NCBI GenBank assembly: GCA_000320545.1
Contig: ADNK01000282.1
Coordinates: 11,298 to 75,297, forward strand
Direction of reading: 5' to 3'
DNA length: 64,000 nucleotides
From: Bigelowiella natans CCMP2755
Lineage: Eukaryota > Protista > Cercozoa
The notes under the pieces are model-generated. The model did not search any database and was not told where the DNA came from. It saw nothing but the letters and a program-made list of their open reading frames with translations. Below, one piece after another: positions 40,796-54,195 of this stretch (position 1 is its first letter; every line of letters begins with the position of its first letter). Position numbers and translations under genes: made by a program.

Positions 40796-41057
40796 TGGTG
40801 ACCCTTGTGTCCTATGCTGCCTTCAGAAGCCTTCTTGCTGCTGTGGCACATGATACAGAGAGCGTGCACGTCTGCCATGTTAAATCCACGCTCGTTGATG
40901 TGAATTCGGAGGCGATCCTTGGTCGCACATATCGATACACGGGGGTTCGGATCATCGTATTTCGCATCGTCGGCGTTCTGGATGATCTCGTACAGAAAAT
41001 GCGAGCCTGATGATGATACGGCAAGATTCGTGTGCACACATATTTGCGTGTGTGTGG

Positions 41058-41106
<49 letters not shown>

Positions 41107-41943
41107 ATGAACATGATGATAAACACTTACTCTTCGAGTAGAGGCCTTCTGCGAGTCGCTTCATCATACCCTCCAGCATCATATTGATATAGGAAGCGCT
41201 CTCACCTTTTAGCAATTCAAACTTCCTGTATATTTCGGCGAACATATACTCGACTTCCTCCATATCTCTCGGTTTGCGATTCTGTTTGGTAGTGTCAGTC
41301 GTCGTAACTGATCGTAGTTGGGAAGATGTGCGAGCTGATAAGGGTGGCGGCTCAGACGAATCTATCATCGCCTGGTCATCACTGCTTTGATTCTCCCCAC
41401 CATCCTTGCTGTCGGATTTCCTCACGGCGTAAGCAGTAGAAGAAGGTATTTGAGATGACGATGAAGAGGACGGCAGCACCTTCTCCTCTACTTCCGGGGC
41501 TGTCCTCGTCGCTGGTTTTGTCAAACCGACGATATGCTCATCAGAGACTACTGCGGTGTTGTTGGTAGTAAGCTCATGCTCCCAATCGTACATGTTATCC
41601 CGAGCGATCTTCATGATGACGCTGTGGACGACGAATCTTGCGAGGCGAGGGGGCAGCAGCCGTGCTGCTACGCTACTAAAGTCTCGCAAGTCGCACTCCC
41701 TCATGTGGGAAAGCATTGAGATGACCTCCGCCTCTATTTCCTGTCGCAGCTGCTCAATGGACCTTCGATGATCAAGGCCTACGATGCAGCGCGTGAAATG
41801 ATACGTAACGTGAGAGAAGTAATGTTATTTTCCCCTGTGATAGCCTCGGAGTTTTTCTGTATTTGCATGCTTGTTTACACATACATACAACGCTCTATGC
41901 ATGAATATGTCGTAATGTAGAATTCGGGGCATCGAGAATAAAG

Positions 41944-42005
<62 letters not shown>

Positions 42006-42692
42006 CACAAATCATCATCAAAGACTGAATATGCGAGGTGAAGAGGCAGAGCAGCACGGACCCGATGATGAGGAGGATGATGACACTGGCGTTGAAGCCG
42101 AGACTGTCATTTGGACAATTCTAGCCACGATTTGGTGCGCCTTGAATACCATGAAGAGAAATTTGCGAAGTCCTTCAGCCCTCCCAGAAGTGATGGTATT
42201 ATCTAGCACCAGCGCGATATAAAAATAATGATGATAATGATGTTGAAACACAAGCACAATCACACAATATGTTGCTGCATGTGCGTGCGTTTTGGGTGAG
42301 GGTCGATGCTTTCATGAGTAGGACTGGGAAGAGTCGTTCATGATCTCCACCTTAACTACTACAAAGTCGGAAAAACAGCTGCTGCTGCCAAGCATGATAT
42401 AATACGCAGTTGGTTTGTCGCGAAGAAAACGTGATGACTCCTACCCCCACCTTTCTCATCCGCCTCATCATCAAGGGCCTTTGAAAGAAATTTCACAGCT
42501 GCGAGTTTTCCGGGCGCCATGTGCTCCGACAGAGCTTCCACTGACTCAAATAGCGATGATGATGATGATGGCGATTGACCTTTGCTGTCCCTCGCAGAAT
42601 CATCAGTAGCTACTGTTCCTGCAATATATTGTCACAAAGCAATCTATTGGGTCTCTCCCTTTCACCTTCTTCCTCTCATCCTCTATCAGACT

Positions 42693-42726
<34 letters not shown>

Positions 42727-43781
42727 GCCACTACTAATATTGCTAATACTACATTACTGTTACAATACTACGACTGGTACTCAACGCTGCTGTCTAATCT
42801 ACCGATGATTGATTGTTTACCTTTCTTCTTCTCAGAATCCTTCCCTTCTTTCCCACCTCGCTTGGCGTCGTTGTCGGAAAATATCGGGGGGAGAATGTGC
42901 TTGTTTCGTGCAAGAAGATCATTAAACGGCCTGTCAGATGCCTGCGACCAGCTCTTCACGCTCAGATTTTCCATAACCCTATAGATGGGGGGGGAGGGGG
43001 GGGAGGGTAGCAGATGGATGAAATGAGTGATGATAATGATGGTAATGATAATGACGACGGTGATGATGTTGATATTGATTGACAACCCGTAGTACTTATG
43101 AAGCTATACACGTAGTAGTATTAGTAGTAGTAGTAGTAGTTGTTGTAGTAGTAAAAGTAGTAGTAGTAGCATCTTCTTGCCAAACAATAGCTCGTAACTG
43201 TCCGAACAAGTCTCGTGTTGCCGTTTTTGAATTTGCGGTTTGTATGTATCTTATGGCAATGGTTCAATGGGGACTGCAATGAATATAGGCAGTGGTGCTA
43301 CAACGACTACTTTCTTTGAGCATTAACAAGCCTTTCGAGGATTCTCTTGTTGCTGCCGGTGTCATCCAAGGCATTGCGGATATACCCTACGAGTGTACTT
43401 TCCTCGACGAGAACCTGTGAGCGGTTGGCGGCGGCCGAGAGAGGTGGCGGGGAAGAGAGGGAGAGAAGAGGCGCAAAGCCAACAACAATATTTGGTGATA
43501 GTGTGGGTATTGAGTGTTGGTCGATTTCCAGCGGAAAAGTATTGTGATCGTTGTTTCTTTCTTGTTATGCTTGTTGCGGTCCCTGTCTCCCCACATACAC
43601 ACACTCCGGGTAAGTCGCATTAATAATCTACAACCACGCCAACCTTGTTTGCATCATCGTCTTTTGTGCTTGCAGTGTCATCCTGCTCGCCACTTGCTCG
43701 ACTTGTTGCTGTGGCTACGACGAGACCGTTATCAATGGCATTGCGAAGTCCCTTATGCTGAGCCAGTACCTTTGATGATGA

Positions 43782-43812
<31 letters not shown>

Positions 43813-44298
43813 GGTGGTGGTGAGCATGATGAGGTAGGACATGAATGATATTAGAAATGTCAACAATGAGCAATGAACGATGTGAAATCAGAGTATGGGT
43901 CATCGGCCTCCAACCTCGAAGAAGTTCGGCATGAAGACTAATGGCATCTTAGTATCATTGGCCTCGGATTTTGGGTCGCTCATTATCAACTTGCGGAACT
44001 TCATATCCATCTTGGTTAATACGTCAGAGACCTTCAAGCGTTCCCCCCTCTGCAGAGCCTGATCCAGCGTGTGGCGCAAATTTGCAGCCAGTTGTCCCTT
44101 GACTTCATTGTTCATAACGTTGTGCACAATATTGAAGACTGCTTTGTTTTTGCGAAACGTAGCACCTGCGAGCTGAATGGCGGTCGCTGCTAATCTGTGT
44201 GTGCAGTAGCAAGGTGATGGTGCCGTGATGAAAGCGTTAGCATCGTGGATCATCGAATGTAAGGTCAATGACATTTAGAACGCACGCCAGAAAGAGAG

Positions 44299-44381
<83 letters not shown>

Positions 44382-44686
44382 GCTCGATTTTCTCTCTAGC
44401 ATTTTTTGCAATGCTATCCTCCTCCTCCTCGATATTTTCTCCTTATCAATATGTGAGCATCTTCCTTATCATATGTCATCATCCTTTTCTGATTGATTTC
44501 ATCCCCTCTCCCCGAAATCTCCCACTCCCGCCTCTCATCTGCCTCAGTAGCTACTGCACTATGTTTCTCCTTCTCCTCCTCCACTACTACTTCCACTACC
44601 TGTTACGATCTTTAGACTCACTAATGTACTTTTTGAGCTCTTCCATTTGGGTAGTTAAACTCGATTTCTAACGTCACGATTATGTA

Positions 44687-44725
<39 letters not shown>

Positions 44726-45361
44726 TGTCTATATATTATATAATTCGCAACAAACAGTCCGCCATCCATTCATAACATCCACGAGGCACATTTGCTTTTA
44801 TTCGAATAGCGCCTCATTTTGTGCATCGGTCGACCTCACAAAGCAGCAGCTGCGCCTCGATCTCGTTTCTCGCTAAATCCAACGCGCTCTTAGCCTTTTT
44901 CTCTCTTTTCTGAATGAGGAAACCAGTAGCAGCAGTAGCAGCAGCCAGCAGCAGTTGAGAAACGTGGTAGATATAACGATAGTAGCAGTAGAAGAAGGAG
45001 GAGGAGGAGGAGGAGGAGGAGAAGAAGGAAAATAAAGTCAGAAGCGTTAAGCTACCGTAATTGTAGTTGCTGAAGGGAATGTGCGGTAAAGTTTTGTAGA
45101 AAAAGGAAGATTCACAGAATACATGATATTGCGTCGTATGCTACCTTGATCTCCTTCGCCAAGATATCATGATGCTTGACTTTACGTGCGCTCAGTTCGG
45201 CTTGCTTTACACACGTGATGGAGAAAATCTGTGAGTCTATATAGACACCTATGGGGGGAGTATTATTGATTGGTGAGCTCCAAATTTGTTGTACCCATTG
45301 ATATTCTTAAATCGATGGTGATGATGGTGGAACGTGAGAAACGCACACGCACACACACACA

Positions 45362-45398
<37 letters not shown>

Positions 45399-45717
45399 CT
45401 TGTATATGAACACATCTATTTTCATCCCTTGATCATCAAGTTAGACAAAAATTCAAACAACGAATACCCATCTGGCCGAGCGAAGCGTAGCCCTTTTCCA
45501 TATGCCATTCTCTAAGACAATTCCTGACCTACATCGTGTCATCATATTCAGTATCATCATCGACTTCGTGGTGCATTCTCATAGCTCAAAAATGCGGCAA
45601 AGAAGAGCATAAAGTTCCCCTTAACGAATGAGGGAAAGAAAAGGCAATACCACAGTCAAAACCACCCGATTTAACGCCAGGCCTCATCTTGCTTCACACA
45701 CAGTCGTAAACGCGCGC

Positions 45718-45757
<40 letters not shown>

Positions 45758-46905
45758 CTACAGCAGCCACACCTCATCATAATCCAATTTATACAGGTTA
45801 CGCTCTTCCTGGATTGATGATGCTGGGATGGTGAAAGCACGGGACGACGTTCGTATAATGCAGGCGAAGGGGAAAGAAAAGAAGAATTACGCGCATTTAT
45901 CTGGATCATAAGTTCAGTTCCGCAAAATGAAAGGACAAAGATCATTCTCCCCCCCCCCTCCCCCCACCCCTTCTAGCATAGGCATAGCTTCATCCTCTTC
46001 ATATCAACTTCGACCACACGCTCATTCCTCGCTGACTCACTTACCAAGAGCAGTCCATACATCTTTAGCCGATACTTGTGGCGTTTCCGTCGCTGCAATC
46101 TGGTTTGGTGAAATAAGCGATGATAAATGAGGAAGAAGCAATAGGTAGGAGGGGGATTGTTAAGTGGAAAGGCCTCCATCACACGAACATGAGTTGAGGA
46201 TCATCTATGCCTATTATGCATATATCTCTTTGTATCGATTGCAGCACCTCCCCTATAACGTTTACAATGAGCGGGTGGGAGATAAGGGACCCAAACTTAA
46301 GATCGCGGAAGCTTTTCTGATAATAAGTATTCATCGTTTCAAAGGCGGCAGAGATCAGTCACAGACATGTATCTTGGAGGGGGGCGAGCTGTACTTGCGG
46401 AAGAACAGTCAATTCCGATCCTTCAACTTGGCAATTCAAAAACTTGCGGAGCTTCGCAAAATATCGATTCTTTGCTTTGTGGTTGTTATTGCTATTGGTA
46501 CTAGTGTTATCATGTGCTAGTGTTATGTTGATCATTACTAGACGGAGGACGATTGCTTCTTGCCCAGATTCCATCCTCTTATCGTTAACTTTGTACACTT
46601 TCCACTGATGAGAGGCACATAGACATTATAGTGAGTATAAGGAGAAAATAGATCAATAGTTCTTAAGATGCACACAGAGAGCATTTTAGGCTGCTGACCT
46701 TCATCTGTTGGAGAATGTAGTCCTCTATATCGGATACAGTTACAATTGCGTGGGTCCGTAGGTAGGAGTTTATGATAGCATCCATAAAGTTGAAGGTTTT
46801 GTAAATTGAGTCGAAAACACTTGCCAGCTCCCTCTCGCACCATGAGAATGATCTTGGATGTGCTTCCAGTAGTCTGTGCAAATATATCTCAATATGTGCA
46901 TATGA

Positions 46906-46943
<38 letters not shown>

Positions 46944-47783
46944 AGGAAGACTTAACCTGGGATATGTATAACGGAGAAATTTCTCGACGTCTGTCGGTTT
47001 CAAAAAGCGCTGTTTCGATGACGATAAAAATTAGCATAATTTGAAGGACATATCAAAGTTTCTTGCGAATCGAGTGGTTGATGGTGCTTGGAAGCTATAA
47101 TATAGGATCTAAATACTCTCTTAAACATCCCACCTTTGCTGTAAGGTCGTTGCGAAGTTTTTCGAATCGGGCCAATATAAACTGCATTGATTAAGAGGGA
47201 TGGAAAGAATCCGCGAGATGATTTCGCAAATTAAAACAGAAAAGGGCGATTTGTAGTACATTCATCCTTGCAGCGCTATTGGCAGTGGCTAATAGGAGAG
47301 AGAGAGAGAAAGAGAGGGAGAAAATGAATTCACCTCTTTCTTCGTGACCTCCTCGTCGACCAGCTCGGTGGCTGTAGCATTCCACTCCCTACGAAGGAAG
47401 AGAGCACATAGTTCATATATACAGCCTGATGCGAATAATAAACACGACGGCCACCTTGCTGCTGTGGATACAGCGACGGACGCAGCAGGTTTTGGTGCCC
47501 CTGGAGCATTCCACCCCCTACGAAGGAAGAGAGCACATAGTTCATATATACAGCCTGATGCGAATAATAAACACGACGGCCACCTTGCTGCTGTGGATAC
47601 AGCGACGGACGCAGCAGATTTTGGTGCTCTAGAGCCATTGCTGGTCTCTCCAGATGACCACTGCTTCTGCTCTGTAGCGTGTCCAACTGAGAAGTGGCCT
47701 GTTGCATCTCCTTCAAATCCAAGCCCTCCAACTTGAATCTTCTTCGCCTTGCTGGAATAGAGTCTTTTCCTTCGGCGAGGCAT
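34241..47783 (-). CDS. NO VEIN (NOV)-like protein: sacsin-type GHKL ATPase plus C-terminal DUF3883 PD-(D/E)xK nuclease-like domain
   Basis: HFLYEIIQNADDA, NERGF, IGHKG|IGFKSVF, FAYLPIKNYGFRVVIQADWELTSSRE; C-terminal GRWGEERVY..WMNEEKEKGTPYDI..YVEVKTT; NOV-like N-terminus IINSYLRTHAIVTVSDIE..SFRDLKFGSLISHPLI. Many introns in the 5' half. Confidence 0.85.
47377..47629. repeat. 129-bp tandem duplication (63-nt exon plus 66-nt intron) in the NOV-like gene
   Basis: Near-identical copies start at 47377 and 47506. Confidence 0.9.
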
Positions 47784-48029
47784 TAGTCTTTTGAGGTGGT
47801 GATGAGTCCAATGTTCACGATAGCGGCTTTATGTTCTGTTCGATCAGTAACCACACATCATGATTACTATACTTACTCCTCCGCCATCACCAGTGCTACA
47901 AGCTGCTACCTAACGTGCGTCTCGAGCTTTCGAACTCTACTTTGCACACGCGTGAGTAACAGACACTGTTTCGGTGAAGAGCGCTTGAGCAACCAGGTGA
48001 ATCTTTCGGAAAACATGCTGCGATAATGT

Positions 48030-48305
48030 ATTTTGATTGTCGCTTCAGATAAACGACAACAGTATCTTTCTCGACCTCGTGAGCCGATTTACACAGATAG
48101 TTCTTATTTCCTAAGGACACATGTTGACTCTTCCCAAAGTGTCTTGCTAGTTGCAGTTGTGATGTGATGGTTGCTGGAATCTCATATACTGTGACAATTT
48201 ATTTTGCTTGTCGCTTCAAATAAACAATTATAGTATCTTCTCCGCCTCGTGAGCCGATTAACACAGATAGTTCTTATTTCCTTTGGACGACACTCGTTGA
48301 CTTGC
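48030..48305. repeat. Imperfect duplication of about 100 bp (spacing 171 bp) in the divergent intergenic region
   Basis: attttg.ttgtcgcttca.ataaac...cctcgtgagccgatt.acacagatagttcttatttcct at 48030 and 48201. Confidence 0.8.
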
Positions 48306-48435
48306 AAGTGCAATTGCAATCCTATCACAACGTTTGTTGTGATTATTGCGGGAAGCTCCACGAACAGACCGATAATCAACCCAATAATAACTAAAAGGAT
48401 CTTAGTAGAATAGGCAGCGGAGACGGGCGACCACC

Positions 48436-48969
48436 ATGCCCTTCTATGCGCTTGCCCTGCTCGCCCTCTTACCCGTGCCTTCGTCGGTGGGTTCAATACC
48501 CAGCTGGAACTTAGAGAGAAAACTGCCGGCCTTCTCCCGTCTACCTTCCCTCGAGCGATTTGATGTGCCAATCATGTAATTAGCAAACGAGATGAGAGAT
48601 GGGAGGAACTTCCAACTAACCTTCCGAACACCTCCCTGGCAGGAAGTTTGAGAGCATGCAGGAGACTCTCAAACTTGGGACAGCAGCGATCCTCACAGGA
48701 ATAAGCAGTCATCCCGAGGCGAAAAAATGGCGAGCGTGGGAACGGTAGAAATGCATTCAATTGATGTACGTTATGCAGAGATTGATCATCCGAACCTCGG
48801 CAGGTGGAAGATAGATAACCTGAGGAAAGTCGAGGATTATTTCTCAAGTGTCCAGGTATTAAACGTTAGATAGATGGGGAGGGGGTTGAGAAGGAAGACG
48901 AAGAGCATGCCATGTTAATACTAGCTAGGTCTCGATTGCCACTGCTACGCATAATCACCTGTGTGCGCT

Positions 48970-49005
<36 letters not shown>

Positions 49006-49306
49006 GGATCGCATTTTTTAGTTTATTATCAAATGATGAACCTCTCCATCCTTGTCTATAGATTCATGCCAAGGGCAAAGGATCCACCTTCTATGATTTA
49101 GGCCGAAACAACACGCTAGGGATTCGTGGCCTCAATCCCAATGTCGTTTGTTATTCAGTGATTCGGCAGATTAGGGGAGGGGATGGTGACACGTGTTTAT
49201 ATGTCATCGACGTGATTCAGGTATACCATCAACGAACGGTCGAGGATTTCTTTCAGTGCAGTGGAACTGAGTACGTTCAAGGCTTAACTCATAACCTCTC
49301 CCCCAT

Positions 49307-49343
<37 letters not shown>

Positions 49344-50005
49344 GTGTGTTGTTGGTGCTTATGTGGCATTGTATATCACACGCCTGGCGTATGTCCACAG
49401 GTTCCCTTATGTCCCCGGAGGCAGCCATCCAACTTTTGACCCCGATATTCTTCCGAGGTGGTGGTTGTCTTCGTTTTCTCCTTTTTTGTGGGATAGAGAA
49501 ATGAAGAAGAAGAAGAGCAACAACAACAACAACAAGGAACGACGGAACATTTCTGTCCTCTTTCCCTACTCCAACCATTTCAGTATGTAAACAACGAGGA
49601 GGCACGTGTGTGTTGCCAAATCATTCTTTGTCGGCGTGTATAGTCACCTGTCACTTCTTTACCGCCACAACAACTCGCAGGGCCCATTTCACCTTCCCTG
49701 AGGATCATTTGACACACGAAAACTTCTACTGGTATATTGTAATGAGATGATGGTGATGAGGTCATTTGTACGCACTTTCCATATACTGATGTGATTTATG
49801 TAATCGATTGATACATCCTCCGCGTGTTGAATGTAGCTGTGAAGGGAAAATCAAGGGAAAATCAAAAATCGTTTCGAGCAGTAGTGAGTTGCTCAGTGGA
49901 GAGATTCAAAGCAGCCCACCCCACCTCTCACCTCCCCTTCTTCTGTGTGTGACTTTCAGGGCGTGTGGTGGCACCAATACGTACTCACATTACGATAAGT
50001 ATGTT

Positions 50006-50072
<67 letters not shown>

Positions 50073-51816
50073 CGATGGGAAAATGAGAGACTCAGATATA
50101 CGCATTATCAGCACCAATATGTGCTTGCTCTACCCTCTCTAGGAGAGGATATGTAGAGGTTATAATACATGTGAATAGGGTGGGTGAGCTAAGGTTGGAC
50201 ACTACTTTTGCGTGATGACAAACTTCGATATGCTTCATATTACATGATGTGATGGTGAGTAGGGAGCACGTGTTCCTGATCCAAATATCAGGATCGAAAG
50301 AGGTAATAATACATTTTCCCATTCTTCACCGCTGGAAACAGTCTCCACACTGCAATCGATCGATTGCTCTGCTCTCTACTACGACCGTGTGTTACACATC
50401 GTATGGCACCCAAACGAATGCCCACCAAATGCTTTCCTTTCGTGTGTCAACCACCAGAAAGCACCTGGGCCCCGCAAGCACGTACAGATGCTAGCATTGA
50501 CTATATTGATCCCGATAAGATGCGTCAGCGTGCGTTTTGGATGAAAAATGTTGAAGTTGTCTCTGAGGTCGTGGCTGCTGTTCCCTGTTTTTCTGCCGCT
50601 CTTTCGTAACTCAGCTTCTTATAAACCCTCCGTCGGAAATAAATGCTATGCATCTGCAGCCCGCTTTACATCCAAGCCACAGGTTTGTGTGTACCTCAAG
50701 GCAGCAGCAGGGCAAACAACTATTCAGTGTGCTTGCGACTCTACTTCCTCAATCAAATCCTAATTAATAGTTATCTTTCATCTTCGGTGCGTATTTTTCC
50801 TGCTCTGCCCTCGAAGAAATAACGTTTAAATTCTGTTCTCTTCAAGAGTGTCTTCTTGCAAGGTTCTCCCCTCCTTACCTCTTTCCTGTCTTCACAGGCA
50901 AACTCAGATGCCGTGCAGTCCTTGTCAGCCTCCCCTGGACGTGGAGAAGTTCCCCCTCTTGAAGAACCTTAAGACGTAACAACATTGAATGTCGCTTGGA
51001 TGATAATCGTAGTACTTGTTGCCGAATGAAGATGCGTAATGATTCGTGCAGGGAGCATAGATTTTACGACTTAATGTAAGGATTCGTTTCTCGTTGGGCC
51101 AAAATATCACCCGAAGCTTTCATCTTGATCGTGGATTCTGTTTTAAGACCGTTGTGCAATAATCCTCCATCCTCCCTCCGACATCAGATGGATGATGCTG
51201 TTATCATATGTCATTGATTGTTGCTGATGGGGGCGGTCGTTTGCCGTTTGTCGCAGATATGCGTTGGTAAAGCTGGAAGCTGGAAACGCACTGTATTTGC
51301 CGCCACTTTGGTACGCATATGGCGGTGATGGCAATGATGATGATGATGATGATGATGATGACAATGATGATGCAAAACCATCTCTTGCTATAATCTTGCT
51401 CGATTTTGCAGGATGCATTCTGTCTGCAACCTCACGCCATCTACTGCTGTGTCGATAAAGGTGGTGATAGTGGGGGGAGGAGTGGGGAAGAAGAGTGGTA
51501 AAATAAGGGAGATATTGTTTGCCATTATTCACGGGCATAGAAGAGCATCGTATGCAAGTTAAATTCTTGTGTCTCTGGCTTGTTTCACCATCATATATCA
51601 CTTATCATAGCGTTGAGTGGTTGTAATAATAGGGCCTGACACGCGACCTGCTCACCGACTCTATTCTTACGGAGGCCATTGAAGGGTTAGTGTGTGCGGC
51701 ATACAGAGGAATGCATCGTTGTGACTATGGTGATGGTGTGCATGATGGTGATGATGATGATGATGATGATGATGATGACTGTGAGGGTAATACTGCCATC
51801 ATTTTCGACTGTAAAC

Positions 51817-51851
<35 letters not shown>

Positions 51852-52023
51852 GGCTAATAACGGCGACGCAGGGTGACTATGGTCGGAGGAAAGCAGAGGA
51901 AGGAAAGCAAGAAGAAGCACGGCAACAACGCCGCCGAGATCGAAGGCATAAGAAGAGGTAGTGATGACGTTATTGTAGCCGTTCGACCAATTGCTGGAGC
52001 AGCACTGAGATGATAACTGTGTT

Positions 52024-52061
<38 letters not shown>

Positions 52062-54195
52062 TCATGTTCTCCCCACGGTCTTCATACCCAAAGCAACTGG
52101 AGCTGCAACTACAGAATCGGTAGTGATGAATTGTTTCCTGGTGTTTGATTTCCCGTCGCCTCCCTCCATCCCATCCCTCCCCGTGATAGCCATAGCTTTG
52201 GAGAGAGCCACTACGTGTCGGTAAAATCCACCAATACTGCTTATTTACCTCGGCGGTCGTGCCATTGCTGCTGCTGCTGCTGCTGCTGCTGTTCTAAAAG
52301 GCGAGCATTCTCTTGGTGTACCAATATGTTATTCAATTGCTGCTGGTTGCGAAGCCGAGGGTTCCCTCTCAGTGGATCCGAGGTAGTAGTAGTAGAAGGA
52401 GGAGGAGGAGGAGGAGGAGGAAAATACTCATTATCAGTCAAATCACTGCATCATCGCGGATACCTTTTCTCTGTATTAAGAGGAGCAATTCTCTCTCCAT
52501 CATGCATTCTCTCCTATACGTACGGTGGAAAACAAGAACAAGCAACGACACCACGCTTGCTTTGAGATGCCATTGGAAATGCAAATTCAGGCAGGAAGTC
52601 GTCGAGAAGAGAAGGGACAATGCATGCCGAAGGGCTCTTTCTACTCGTCTACTCGAGATATCAGCCGTAGGGACAGCAGCAGCAACACAAACAGCATGAT
52701 TACATCAGCAGAAAGCAGCAGCGAAACAGATTATATTCCTCCTCTTTGTTCAGTGATATTTTCCCTGCCCGTCACCCCATTTCCTGACTCTCTCTCTCTC
52801 TCTCTCTCTCTTTCTTTCTTCTTGGTTCCAGCCCTAACTAGCTCTGGCGATTGGGGAGAGGAGGGATTAGAAAGACACAAAATAGGAGGAGGAGGGGGAG
52901 GAGGAGGCCAGCACTTACCTGCTGCTCTTTAATTCATAAACAGCTACTGTCACCACTAATACCTTCTTTGGGGACCGCCCCCTATCTTCTCTTCCCTAGG
53001 CACGCAGGAAAATTTCAAGACGATGGGGACGTTGGTGAGAAGAAGAAAAAGAAAGAGAAGAAGAAAAGGAGAGACAGAAACTTTCCATTCATTATGTTGG
53101 GGCAGTTGGTGATACAGATAGTGCTTTTCGTCGCTCACTTATATGCTGTCTTCGCAGCTATTCCGTGCACGTATCTCTCATCCTGGCGAAATTCTCATGC
53201 GAAAGATGTTGGGGGGATATCCCCGGTAAGAAGGAGAGATGCACTTGTTTGCAATGTTAGATCTCCTGGAGTGATGTGAGTGAGCTCTGCAACAACACAA
53301 AAAACACGCGCAAAAACACACCATCCGCTCAAATAGTAGCACACAAATAGGCTGCGAGAAGCCCCTACCTCGCGGGGCTGGCACGACGAATGCGAAAGCA
53401 ACTGAAAAGGATGAGCTTTTACGAGTTATTGGTGAAACTTGGGAGGTGATGCTGACGTTTCTTCCGTACGCTTGTTGAGAATATCCTTTGCGCGTTCTAA
53501 TGTTTAGATAGTATGAGGATGCCGTGCAAGAGCCATCATCCTTATTCTTCTATGCTTTGTTGTCGCGAGTTTAGATAAATGCGTATGATGGTGCTTCTGC
53601 TGTTGCTGCTGCTGTGAGCAGGTACGGCGCCGAGAACGAAGTTCAGGACGCCATTGAATATGTAACACGATAGAAATATTTTGGTGTCTCTTTATACCTT
53701 CTCATCATCATCATCATCATCACTAGAGATCGTTCGAAAGGGCAAAAGGGAACGACATCTCTTTTTCGCCATATTCAGCACTGAACCTTCAAATACTACT
53801 TCTCGAATTCATACGCAAGGATTGTCTGTTGGATTCTGTAACACAGATGTTGGAACACGCTGTCGGAGGCTCCCGTGTCAACGCTGCATTGCGTGCTATC
53901 AACAAGTAGCACTATAGTAGTAGTAGCCGTAGCAGTAGTAGTAGGTGTAGTAGCATTTCATACATAGTAGTAGTAGTAGTAGTAGTAGTTAGAAGTAGTG
54001 TTAGCATACAATGACTATTTCAAACTTAAGATCTCAAAGTAACCGTTTGAAATTAATGTGGATAATATTAGATGTCTTTCCCCTGAAATGGGAGCAGCTA
54101 CTGCAGCAGAAAGTAACTCTACGGAAGAAGACAACCACACGACATCACCTGTCCCTTCGTCTGTAGAAGATGTTACACTGAATGACGATCTTTAG
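48436..54195 (+). CDS. JmjC/cupin_8 2-oxoglutarate Fe(II) oxygenase with signal peptide, multi-exon
   Basis: ccaccATG MPFYALALLALLPVPSS; exons GTAAILTG..WRAWER|WKIDNL, ACGGTNTYSHYDK|EHVFLIQISGSKE, VKLEAGNALYLPPLW|MHSVCNL give the HxD...H triad. Likely last exon ..VTLNDDL* ends at 54195; the 3' exons are less certain. Confidence 0.75.

Noticed and set aside
37471-41037. 1188-aa ORF with poly-His as a standalone metal-binding protein
   Set aside because: The His run lies in a GT-AG intron, and the ORF is an internal part of the NOV-like gene
47377-47629. Possible CRISPR-like array
   Set aside because: There are only two contiguous 129-bp copies with no unique spacers and no cas genes; exon-intron duplication explains it
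32054-47783. Prokaryotic defence operon or bacterial contaminant
   Set aside because: The genes are on opposite strands, NOV has spliceosomal introns, and the flanks are eukaryotic (Sec24, BTG)
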